A stretch of 64,000 bases of DNA, taken from contig NW_020843614.1 in assembly GCF_003704095.1 (NCBI RefSeq), forward strand, positions 124,001 to 188,000, in the 5' to 3' direction. The stretch is from Pocillopora damicornis (Eukaryota). The notes beneath the pieces were generated by a model that saw nothing but the letters and a program-made list of their open reading frames with translations, did not search any database and was not told the origin of the DNA. A program made the translations under genes and the position numbers. Below, in pieces: positions 44,614-56,837 of the stretch (position 1 is the first letter of the stretch; each line of letters opens with the position of its first letter).

Positions 44614-45086
44614 GGTTCTGATGCACTGTTGGGATATCTTTGGTTTTACCATCATGCAGTGTAATCTAGTACTTGATAGTAGTCTTTTCACAGTCTGTTT
44701 CTTAAGGTGTGAAGGTGTTATTCCAAGTTTACTGAAACTTGACACACTTCAAATGGACAATTGATGGTTTTCTTAAAATGACATTGTTGAAATTGTGCTA
44801 ACTCAATAGAAGAAAAGACAAGATTTCAAGGATATTTGATTTTAATCAGCTACAAAGTTTACATAAGTGAACATTTTATCCTTAGTTATACTTTCATAAG
44901 AAAGCGCCTCTCTTTAAAGTTTACAATATTTCAAGTCTTACTTGAGTCCTGTACAATATTTACAAAGATAATAATAATCTCTTTACCTCAGAATTAACAA
45001 TATCTATATTTTTTACCATTACAACTATTCGATATATCTTGTAGCTTTACAAACAAGTACGAAATCCTTACGAAGATTTGTAAATT

Positions 45087-46008
45087 TTAAATAGACTTGT
45101 CTCGTAAGGGTTCAGAGGATTTGAAGAAGTCATTGAAGTTCTTTCCAATTTGATTTTTCAAGGATTCTGCGAAATTCGAGGAGCGCCAAGGAAAAACTGT
45201 ATATTTCTTTTTCCTTTGCAACACAAATTTTACTAATATTTTAAGACGTTCATTGTTGTTTCAATTAACCAAAGTTTTCCTCACGAAGGCGAATGAGTTA
45301 CATTACTTATTTTCTCTTCCGATGGTAATAAACGATAATTTTTATCGGGGACGAGCCAAAAACTTCCCCAGCATCCTATTCTTGAAATACTTACATATAC
45401 TCGACCTTGAAACGAGTTATATGTTATAAATCGCGCTACTGTTCATGGGCTGGGAAAAAGCGGTATATTTTCGGGAAATGTTCGTAGGTTTGGTGAGGAA
45501 GGGCACGAAGATTCCCGAATACATTTTCAGAGCCAATCGGGAGTAATGTCAATACTCCGGTGGGTTCTAAATCACGTAACTTAGAGATAAAACTACGGGT
45601 CCAGTCGACTCTTGGGCCTGTATCAGGTGAATGTTGTCAACGCAATTAAACATGAACCACTTTGCAGAAATGCAGAATGTCTTCTTTGGGAATGTTGACC
45701 CAAGCCTCTTCCTGAATATAACACTGTAGCGCAGGTCCTTTACCACCCTTAAGGTTTCCCGTCAACAATAAAAGCTGGTTCTTTGTTTCTCTCCAATGGC
45801 AGCCACCAGGAACATTGATAGACCCAGCGAATTTGTTTGCGTCGCGTTTCACAAAAATTTCATGTTCTTGTCTGATGATTTCTGTTGCTTCAAAATCAGC
45901 TTGTTCAGTCAGACCATTTCCGACGGGAATAAGTCTCCTGATATACCCTCGAACAACTATAATAGAAAACTTAAGGTTAGCTATGCATGAAATAATTATC
46001 TTTATCAA
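45087..46008 (-). pseudogene. Degraded intronless ORF of unknown family
   Basis: 120-aa ORF continues in the same frame past stops (..TGPRVDWTRSFISKLRDLEPTGVLTLLPIGSENVFGNLRALPHQTYEHFPKIYRFFP..) and, after a frameshift, ends ..KYTVFPWRSSNFAESLKNQIGKNFNDFFKSSEPLRDKSI*. Confidence 0.45.
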
Positions 46009-46095
46009 TATTAATCATGTTGTTTATTATCAATCATAATGAGACACAAAACGGCGGACCCAGTCGCTATAGGCGAAAACCCTTGCTATTACGTC

Positions 46096-46150
46096 ACTCT
46101 GACCTAGGGCTGACGCTCAAAAACGTCAGCTTCAGAATCTCTTAAGATGG
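46096..46150 (+). repeat. Degenerate fourth copy of the hammerhead-like repeat
   Basis: ctctgacctagggctgacgctcaaaaacgtcagctt; both core boxes mutated. Confidence 0.6.
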
Positions 46151-46464
46151 CCATATTGGACCGAATTACTGTATCTATACTTACCAAAATTTGCTTCACA
46201 AAAAGATCTGAGCAGTTCTCTATAGTGACATGGCTTGCATTCTGTGGATAAAAAATAATGAATTACATGTTACGGCCAGTTCAAGCAAATTGTTGATGAG
46301 TATTCTATGGCACACTTCACCTGCTGACAATTTCTTGCTATTGATGGTTCTATCAATTGTCAAGGGAATAGTCCTCCGTGGTTTTAATTTAGTCATGTGC
46401 GTCATCATGGCTATCTCCGAAAAAGGCTGTGCGCGGGAACAAGACTGTCGTCTGTAGGATTAAG

Positions 46465-46650
46465 GCTGCGAGTCGGAGTATTGCTACTCCTCCCCTGTGG
46501 GGTGCTAACCCTTTCCAGACCCCCCCCTCCGAGGGTCGTCAAGTTTTACGTAAAGCTTGCAGCCAACCATTAACGAGGGGCACTGTTAGAGTCACATGTC
46601 ACAACACGATGACCCAGGCAGGGATTGAACACAATTATGGCCTGTTAAAG
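46465..46650 (-). mobile_element. Degenerate SINE-like fragment
   Basis: cacaacacgatgacccaggcagggattgaacac is the reverse complement of a B-box-like tRNA head; family resemblance recalled only. Confidence 0.35.
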
Positions 46651-49600
46651 CCACGGCATCGATCTAAACAACTACAAGAGTGTAAGATCAACGTTGCGTT
46701 GCGTGTCATGTTAAGAATTCATTCTCAGTCATTTTACCTTTTCGTCTTTTATGTATGGGTCTCTTTCTACCATTCACCAGCACAGTGTAATTCAGTTGTG
46801 TCATTATTTGGTCTTCCTGAGTTTCTAGGTACAACACTGGACGTTGCGCCGCGGAGCTCTTTACGCAAACTGCATTTCTTGTCTCGTTTTCCTCAGTTCC
46901 TCTCAACAAAGTCAAATTCTGTCCCCACTCAATGTAAATCCTTACACCAGGATGCCGTGCGGTGAAACACAGTTTATAGTCGGCGTGCACATCACGTGGA
47001 TTGAACGTGACTCGCAGGCCACCAAAAGGGTCTGACCAATGAAGTTCCCCTTGGTGACACTTGGTCTCTATGCTGACTACTGATGGCCTTTCTTGACGAG
47101 GAACACCGCTGGCAAAAGGAAGATCAAAGGGTAATTATACACTGGGGTTGCTATATTAAGTCTCATTAGCTACAGGGACACAGTCAGTTGTTGCTGGCAC
47201 CGTTTTCGTTACGTCAAACATACAGTATCGACGACAATTTCTATCAGAAGAAGTGAATTCATATCAGCAAAAAACTTCGCAATATAGCCCACCAGAAATT
47301 TTATGTAAGCTACAATCGAACCTGTATTAAGAGGATGTAATTGGAATTCGGTGCACCAAAAAAAAATTTATTAGTGTGGCGATTCGCTTGAGGTTTTTGT
47401 TTTACCAAAGAACTACCCGCCCTTGACAGGAGAGAGTTTTGCTCAAGAAGGCGCCCACATTACATGAGTATGTGGAGAGACTGGAAAGTGATACTCGACT
47501 TGAACTTATTCAAAAAAACAATTTTCATAGCATGTGAAGTGTTACGCGATTCACCATACTCTAAACTCCTTTCTTTAACGTTTTAAAGATATTTTTCACA
47601 TTTTCAAAGCTCACATTTCAGATAGCAGATAATTCCAAAACAAGGACTTAGATATTGCGCGCCATTTTCTTAATAACGTTAATTAGGTTGTGTAAAGGCA
47701 AAATGTACGTTACTGATGTTACTCACCCGAAACATTCCGACAAAATATAAAATAAAGCTTATCAGAGGTCACGACATTCGGAAAAAACGGTTTTAGTCCA
47801 AAGTGCATGGTTCATGCCTAAAGGTGCGTAACTTGTGCGTTGGCGACAAAATGAAATGTAAGATAGGTTTCGACAAAAAGATGTCGCATATTTTCGTCAA
47901 TAATTGAGAATATTTCTTTCTCTGTCTTTTAGCGGGAAAGCTATCTATCTCTTAGCAAAAGATGGCTAAAAACAGCCAATACGATTTTAATCAGAGATAA
48001 GGTAAAGAGCTCATTGATATTCCAAATCTCAAATATCATTACACTTTCCTAAGGCGAAAAGCTTGAATTTTTTCAATTTTTTTCCTTTATCAGCTTTGTC
48101 TCTTATCGAGATTATAAATCTTGTCAACAGTTATTTGGATTAGCGTGTTGCCTCCAGAATATTCTTTGGTTGAATTATTTATGTGAGAAAGAAAACTTGC
48201 GCGCATTTTGCCGTGATAAATTTCGTGATATGGGCCTGAGAGCCCTCTTCAGAATTAAATTATACCAGCAGCTGGCGGTAATATTTTGATTGAATACGGT
48301 TATATTTTGATTGAATAACTTTGACGCTGAAAAAAAGACGTTGGGATGGTAAAATGGTTTTGTATTTTTGTTTCTGTTTTTTGTTAGAGAACATGCATTT
48401 TCCACTTTCTCTCGTGAATTGCAAAAACACACAAAGAGAAGAAGCAAAGTGAACAATAACACAATTCTGTTAGGCAATTCGGGAACTACGCACTCGCTGT
48501 TCCTTTTGTTTGCGCGCATTCAAACAATGGGTCTCCGCAAACACAAAAGCAAAGCACGTGCCCCAAACAGACAGTTAATACTCCAGATGAAAAAGAAAAC
48601 AAGTTCGAATTCATTATTCTACACGACGTTGCACTAATTTTACAGAGCACTCATGAAAACTGGAAAAAGGGGAACAGATTCGCCATCAACTGCGTTTTAC
48701 CAAGCTTTTTACCAATTAGACCTTGAAATTTTTCACATTGTGCTGTCTCATAATTGCTTGTCAAATTTGATAGTTCGTGTGTACAATCAAGTAACGTCAT
48801 TGCTGGGAAACTTTGTATTTTGAGCATGGTTTCCATTCATCGAACAAATCTGTTTCTTTTCTGTCAACCGGATAAGAACAAGTTCAGATACGGTTATCTA
48901 AAACTCTTTTCATAAAATTAACAACAACGATTTACGCGGACTATCGCCTACTATCAAAACAAAACACTTAAACTTGCGCTGGTCATAAAATGGCGCGGAC
49001 ATATCGATGTAACTCAAAAACTTGCAAAATTAAACCAAAGAATACCGGTCGAGGGGAAGTTGCGCGTTTGTTACGGTATTTAATAATTGTTTCTTAGAAC
49101 TGCAGCTTCGAGTCTTCACCACATACTCATTTGGCACGCGCTCGGTTTATTAAAAATCTTTCCGCACTGATAATTACTGACGTCTTCTGTTCACAGTAAA
49201 CTACCAAAACTGAGTTATTTTCCTACCTTCCTCGCCAGATGCAATCTTCTTCCAGGCTGGTAGGACACACCGAGTTGAAACAAGTCAATAACAGAAGCCA
49301 GCGAACAACTTTGAATGACGTGCAGTACTCCATCGCGGCTGTGTTGTTTAGCTGACTGACTGGTTAATGAACCGAACTAGTAACAACGATGTTAATTTGT
49401 TCTCGTAATGGCACGAGGCAGAAGTATTTCGATAACCGCAGTTGTGATGGATGGTCCAATCACAGAAGCTCGTTGTCTCTCCTGAGGGAGCAATAATGCT
49501 GTTCGTGTGAAAGAAGACAAAACAAGTTATTCAAGTGGCAGAGGTGCTTAGAGCTTGCGCTGCATTAACATATGAATAAAATCATTCATTTGTTATGTAC

Positions 49601-52477
49601 AAACGAGTCGGTGTAACAAAGAAGCCCGCGGACAGCTTGTCAGTCGCATGGCCTCTAGAAGAAAAAACGCTTCGGGTTGTTTTTATGAATATATTTGATA
49701 CATGCCATTTCACAAACGCGTGCCGAACTTTCTTGGGGATAAATCAATTAAGTTGAATATTCATTATTCTGTTTCAAGCAAATCGCAGTCATTTAATTCG
49801 GGACAAATTCGATTAAACTTTTATATATCATTTTCATTGTATTGAAAACCACCATAACCTCGACAGGCGAAAAAGTAATCCCGAATTGAAGGCTACAAGC
49901 AAAGACTTGTTGAAAACCAATTTGCATTTGAAAACAAAGTTTCAGCAACTGACACTATTCTATATCTTTACAAAGATATATATCAACTCGTTGCCGAGGC
50001 AAAGCAGGTACTCCTATTAAAATATTTTTCATTACATGTGGTTAACTTACCATGTCGTTCTAAAGATAAACAAGGTTGACTCAATTCACAAGAAATCCTG
50101 CTTAGCTCAGCTGTGTCAAATTGAGCCTATGGTAAACTAAAACTTTACATCGCGGCTTCTGGGATGGTTTCCTTGCTTTGAATAGCGTTTTTGAGGGCTT
50201 CCCTTGGTATCATAACCAACAGAATTAATGTATCTATTTTTAACTTCTATGGCAAAGAAGTCTGATGAATTTTAATAAATTTTTACTGAAGATTGTTTAC
50301 ACAGGAAAGAAACAATTTTTCCATTAAGTAAAGAGTGTTTCTATTTGCGTGGATCTAAACCGGCTAAAATTTGAATAAAGAAAAGAAAACTGATCAACCA
50401 GCCGCAAGACAACGCCCTCTGGACTGGAAATCGACCGGAGCTCTTTGGCGCACGTGCGATGAGACTTAATCGGTTTTATTTTAGATCGCATGCTGCATTG
50501 GGAAACAGGTTTCATATGATTTTCACCCGTGAAGTTGTTTTAGGATCTTTTTTCGTATCAGAAAAGTGGATATCATACGAACTATTACAAGACCTAAAGG
50601 TGCTCCGATTGAATAAAGAAATCTCAAAGCCTGCATTATACTTAGAGGTTACAGTAAAGATTGCTGAAAAAAAAAACCGAACTTAAGTCACAATATATAT
50701 AACTGAAAGACGCAGTGAGAGTTTAACATAGTGTATAGTGTATCCTCAACTGATTATTCAGTTTTGGAAAAATTCTATTGTTGTCTTCTTTTTACCTAAA
50801 AATCTGCAACTTTATTTTGTGTTATAAAAACAAACACTCCAAAAAAACTGAAATTTATCAAAAATGAGTTTTGTGTAATTCTCAATTATTAGAAAGAATA
50901 CCAAGTTTCCGCTAATACAAAAACTGAATTAATTTTTGGAGGAATGTGAAAATTTCAATTTTTTCTTTTAATTTCAGTTTTTTTTTTCAAGAATTTACCA
51001 TAACTTCCGATCAGGTAGTCTTCATTGGAAATTTTCAAAAACCACCAGTTCACCGACTTTATAAAGAAGTGAGAAAAAAATTCTGAAGCATTTTTCGTTG
51101 ATTCAACATCAACGTAAAGATATTTCTTATGAAAACAGGCTGTTTTAATCTTTATTTCTATTATTATGCAGCGAGTTTTAGCTCTTTCGGCGTAACCTCA
51201 AATTCAACCGAACAAAGCTTTTTTAACATCAGTTTTGTTTTTGAAATGCAACGATAAACGGCAATCTTTCAACCTAATTTGAGAGAAAATGAATTTGTTG
51301 CAGATGAAATTGAGACAAAATTTATCTTACCGCCAGGGTTATCACCAAGTCAAGTTAGTGCTTTTGACCCAAAAACTACGTTCCCAAATCACATCCGCCA
51401 AGAATACGTACTGTTATATCACTAACAGCTCCAAGTCAGGTATTCTACTGTTTTCAGCACATGCTATTTTCAAATCTCTACCTTCTGTTACACGTGGATA
51501 ACATCTGCTGATGTATAGCAACATGCTGTTATGAATATTGATAAGAGGGCATCGCATATAATAAGCATAAACACGTGCTTGCCAACTTATGTTGTGCTGT
51601 ATTCATCCGATTGATTACCCGTAATTACTTTGATTTTTTTTCAAGCAGTATGGAGTTTATATTATTCAGTGACATTCTTCTTCTGTAACGCGAACTGAAA
51701 AAGTAACAATTTTTTGAAGTATTTCATTTAATTCCAGTAATATGTTAAATTCGCTTACACACGAGCAACAATCATGTTTTGAATTTTCAACAAAGGAATT
51801 AGTTTTTTTAATGTTTCCGGTAGGTTGAATGGTTTACGGGTGCAAATTTTAAGAAAAGGCATTCAAAAGACAAAAAAGTCAACAATTTGATTTGCAAGCA
51901 CTTTTAACAGCTAAGTTAAACAGCGCCTAACATTTCACAGAAAAAAATCGATACCTCAGACTATGTCAATTGTGCAATGAACACTGCCGGCTAAAATTAA
52001 GTTTTTCTAAAATAACAATCGGACTTCGAAAAGGAGACCTTTATTGAACCAGCGAGAGCCATAATACTCTGTCAGTAAACCTCAGACTTCGACTATTTTA
52101 TTACAGGTTTTTTCTCCCTAAACACGGAAGCCATTAATTGCGAGATAGAGGAATCCATCACTTATCTCTCTATGCAAACTTGTTTCGGTTTTCATTTCGC
52201 CCACCTGGAAAAAGCAAGGTTACGCACCCTTCGCTGCACTGTTTACAACAAGGCGGAGGGCGGTTTACAGCTGTTCTTGTGTTCACAAGGTGGACGAGAC
52301 CAACCATCATGTAATCGATAACATTGACGCGACCGCCAGACCAGAACGGAAGATATTACTCATGTCAGTTTTTCCTTGTCACAGGCGTGTTTTCGTATCT
52401 TTTGATATTAATTTCATCAGTTAATTTTATTTCTTATTTATAACATTATTTACCTATTTATTTATCTATCCATTCAT

Positions 52478-52504
52478 TTAGTTAGTTAGTTAGTTAGTTA
52501 GTTA
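52478..52504. repeat. (TTAG)n microsatellite
   Basis: ttagttagttagttagttagttagtta. Confidence 0.9.
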
Positions 52505-55500
52505 TATTCTCCAGGCGTTAAACGTTTAAAAGATACATAGAAAGCTGTGAACATAGTGAACTTTGGGTCGGGTTTTTGGGGTTACAAAAATCTCTCACTA
52601 GAACTGGGTATTCTATTCCATTCTGTTTTCCGACACGGATAAACTAGTTTTCTCTTCATCGATTTCGTCAAGTGTACTCAACGCTAAATTTAAAAACGAG
52701 CAAATGTATGAGTTTCGCGGCAAACGACCGAACAAAAAAGGGAAGCTCATCAGAACCAAGACCCCAGGCTCTCTGAGAACATGAAGAAGAGAGACCCTGG
52801 TGATAAGGACGAGTATGCATTGTAGAAGCTTGGTGCCAAAAAAAAAGAACCGAAGAAAACAAAAGAAACACTTCGCTTTTCTAAACCACCTTGTATTTTT
52901 TCTAATTATAGCTTATTATGTAAATAGCCGTCTGAATTCTAGTTTGAATTATACCGTTAGAATTTAGTGATTTGCACACGTCAAATCGTGTTGAGGTACT
53001 AAATACTTGTATGCGCATAATTTCGAGAAGGTTGTCTCTCTACTTCACGGCCCGGATTCCCGAAACGCTCGTTCTATGTGATAANNNNNNNNNNNNNNNN
53101 NNNNNNNNNNNNNNNNNNNNNNNNNNNNNNNNNNNNNNNNNNNNNNNNNNNNNNNNNNNNNNNNNNNNNNNNNNNNNNNNNNNNTTTCTACCAGTATTTC
53201 CGTAGTTTGTAATCACATTTGAGACGCTTGCAATCCTTAAAGAAATAGTTTTTCGCTTTTATCGTCTTGGCAAAACTATTTTATGAATAATTTGTTCAGC
53301 TTAGTCGATTTTTCTGGATATTTTGCGTCATGAACTTTGGGCAGAAGTTACTTTCGTCCTCTAATTTTAAAGTTGTAAACAACCGCTCATTGAATGAACA
53401 TTTGCACATAATATAAGTTAAACTAATAAACTTTAGAAAACAAAATGAGATAAGACTAACGTACCTAGCATAGACGCACTTTCAGTCTACAAACGACAGT
53501 CTTCTTGATGGTTCCCAGCACAAAAGCAACATTTTTGCATCCCACAGAGGTCAAAGTACTATGGAATCTAGTTTCACACTGCGATAAATTAATTTCAATG
53601 GCTGAAACATGTCTCGGTCAATACAAAAATGTCATAATTGGTTTATGCGAGAACCATTTGCGTTCCAATCTCAATAATCCCCTTTTGTTTTTATTGTTTC
53701 GATTGTCGTCTTTAAAATTGTCTTTTGAATGAACAACTTAACCCCAAGGAATGAATGAAATTATCGCTTGGGTCATTGAATTTTTTTTTAATATCAGTGA
53801 CTAGGAATTTTTAATATAGAAGTAAGAATTGCAAACAGTTTTACTGATGTTTTCTAGACCACTTTAATAATTTGAGTTGCTTTTTGACGTTATTTATTGC
53901 TCTCTGTCTCGGTTAATAGGCTTTGTTGTAAGTAGTGTACGTACAGGTGATCATATCAGAAATTGAATATGAGAATGTCTTTACCTAAAGACAATCGTGG
54001 CTCTGTGTAATGATTTCAAAGAGAACCGTTTGAAGACGGAAGGGGAGATTGAGAAACTTAACGCTTTTGACAAATTTTGTCAAATTTCCCTCTGCCTGTT
54101 GTTGTTATTGATGTTGTTACGAGTTCGTCGAAGTTTTCGTTCCGTTGCGATCTTCAGTTGTTGGTATTCGTTTGCACATTTCAATTCGTTGAACTGTCGC
54201 CAGCAAAGAGTTCGTTCAGTTTATCAATTGCAACAATCGTCAAAAAACAAATTTGCTTAAAACCAACTTTTAAAGAGGCTAAATCAATCCTCCGGAAAAG
54301 AATTTTGGAAACTGATAAACTCTGCTCTGCTGGGAAGTTGAGTGTCATATCTTTATACACATGGCGCAAATTCATCCTTACCCTTGAGTGGCACAAATTC
54401 ATGAAAAATTATAAAGAAACCATTAAGTTAAAAGCTGAAAAGAAAACGTTCTCACCGGCATTACATGGCACGTTTTAACGCCTTTGAGTGACAAAAATTT
54501 TTCTCTCCCCATCCTACCAATTAGCAAGAAAAACATCAATGGATTCAAAATAATACAGTATTAGCTTTTTTCAAAGCTTGAAAATGGTGTGGAACCCCAA
54601 ATGGTTGTAGCTAGGGTGTATTTATGTATATACATGTAGCAACGGAAGGTATTTCCGCGGGAATAAATCAACAAATCAAACTGACAGTTATAAGATATTA
54701 GCTGGATGTTTGCTTTTGTTGTTGGTTTAATGAATCCAGATTAAAGTGCTAATCCAAAATTTTGACAAAATAACTTCTGGATTTCTGAAAAGCTCTTGAT
54801 TTAACAACATCGTACCCATTCTTATAAACTAAGTTGCTATGTCGCATTTTGGCCCAAACCTCTCCAAAACTGGTTAAACTTTAAAATCTTTAAGATACTG
54901 GTCCTGTTTAAGTTTGCGCCGCTAAATCTTTCCTTAACTGTCGTCTTGTATCGACTGTTTATGAGAAATGAGTAAAGAATAGTTAATAACGAACAGCTTG
55001 TAGTTGAACACCTGGCGACAAGTGAGCGTTGAACATCTACACTGTACATAATCATACACTTATCTTAATTGCATCCCTTTCCCGAAAAAATACGAAGTTA
55101 CAAACCTTCACATCGTAAAGAATGAAAAGCTTTAGCCAAAGATGTTCCTGTGTATCTATTCACTTTACCAGTTCAACCCCTCTTTTCCTTGCCGCTGGAC
55201 TAAACTAATTTGCGTTGTCGCTAACAAGCCGACAATATTGGTTCACTCGTTCAATAGCAAAAGCCAATGGTGATTTGTCTTGTTATTTATTGTCTAAGGT
55301 GGATTAATCCGTTAATTATGACTTCCTACAAGTTTGACAAGGTATTCAACTAATCTCATCTTTAACCCTTCACCATTGAAAATCAAATTTAGTCAGCATA
55401 TAACAATGAAACTGTACATCGCGCGTTGTATGAAGTTCTACGGTACATTGTTTGAAAAAATTAATTAAAAAGCTCGAATCCCGATGCCGCACTGTCAGTC

Positions 55501-56837
55501 TTTTAAGACTGACTCTATTATGCGCGGGAGAATCGTCTGTGACAGGCTCTCAGTCAGAGGCGGGCCGAAAATGGCTGTATTGTCGGGACAGCCGTTTTTC
55601 CTAACAATCGAGAAGAGTCGTTTCGCTCCTTCCGGCACAACCCAAGAGCATTAAATTAGCTCGCTGGAACACTTCACCAGAGAAGCACAGGGCTTTTCAG
55701 ATCTCCCTTAGCCAGGTTTTGAACTTTTTTTTGCGAACTTATCCAAAGGATAATTCATCCCAGGGGAGGGTTATGATATATCCCAGGAGTAATTCGTCCC
55801 AGCGAAGGGGTTATGCCGCGACAGTCGGCAAGTCGCGACCAATGAATTGATTAGACTCTATTTTGTGTTGTAAGCGATTTAAAGTATGGTTAGCTTTATA
55901 CCAAAACAACGTCTTAGAACACTTTATAATCAATTACATCTAATTTAAAGATCTCAGGTTTAAGAACAGTATAATCATGTAAACATTTTAATAAGAAGTT
56001 ATAATTCAATTATCAACAATCTTATAACTTATAAGCAGTAATAAGACTCTTCCATGGAACGCTTCCTTGCAGTCAATAACAGTTGTACTTTCTTACACAG
56101 CGTACTATCATCATGTTAACCACTATGTTATCACCAAGTTACACTTTGACATCAGTAGGCATATTCTCCCTACTATTCATTTCTTGTAGTATTGACAAGG
56201 AGAAGTTGTTTAACGATCAAGAGAGTCTTGAGTGGGTGGACATTTTCTTCCTCTGTTTACCCTTCAGTACAGATACTGTATGGAGAATTTTCAGGGCTAA
56301 GATGATAGAAGTAATAAATTCTCTGACTCTCAAGGCTAATAAAGAGATTTCTAATTCACGGTTTTGATTACTCGAACAGAAATCAATTGTTCCAGAAGTC
56401 TGCATCAAAGGTTTACATTAACTACGTGTGTGAAAGCTTGACAATGGCGGTAAAGGATTTGTTGATGAAAACGACTTCAAAATGAAGGAAATTTATATTT
56501 CTGAAGCAAAAACAACAATAGGGCACTACGTGAACGTCTCGGGAAACAAACTATCTTTACAAATTAAAACGAAAAATAAGTTAAATAAAATCGAACATCC
56601 CAACCAACGACTCGCTTGCCCCTGTCTGACGTCCCTTCATAAAGATGCTCTTTATTCTACTGTAAGACGCCGGTGTAAGAGTTTCCAACCGGAATATCCT
56701 CTCTATACTCCTGGGTATAATAAGCTATAAGCCAGCTGTATCATAAAGGTTGAATTCTTTCTTCTTTTCCTGAGTTCTGTAATGCCTTGCATATCTTCTT
56801 ACAGCTCCAACCGTCATAACGAAGGCACTTAGGTCAG

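Noticed and set aside
48277-48318. 21-bp tandem duplicate, and a ~39-bp imperfect duplicate at 55749-55816, as possible CRISPR-like arrays
   Set aside because: Only two adjacent copies, no spacers, eukaryotic context
53997-54478. 133-aa and 87-aa overlapping ORFs
   Set aside because: Non-ATG starts, no recognisable domain, no supporting exon structure
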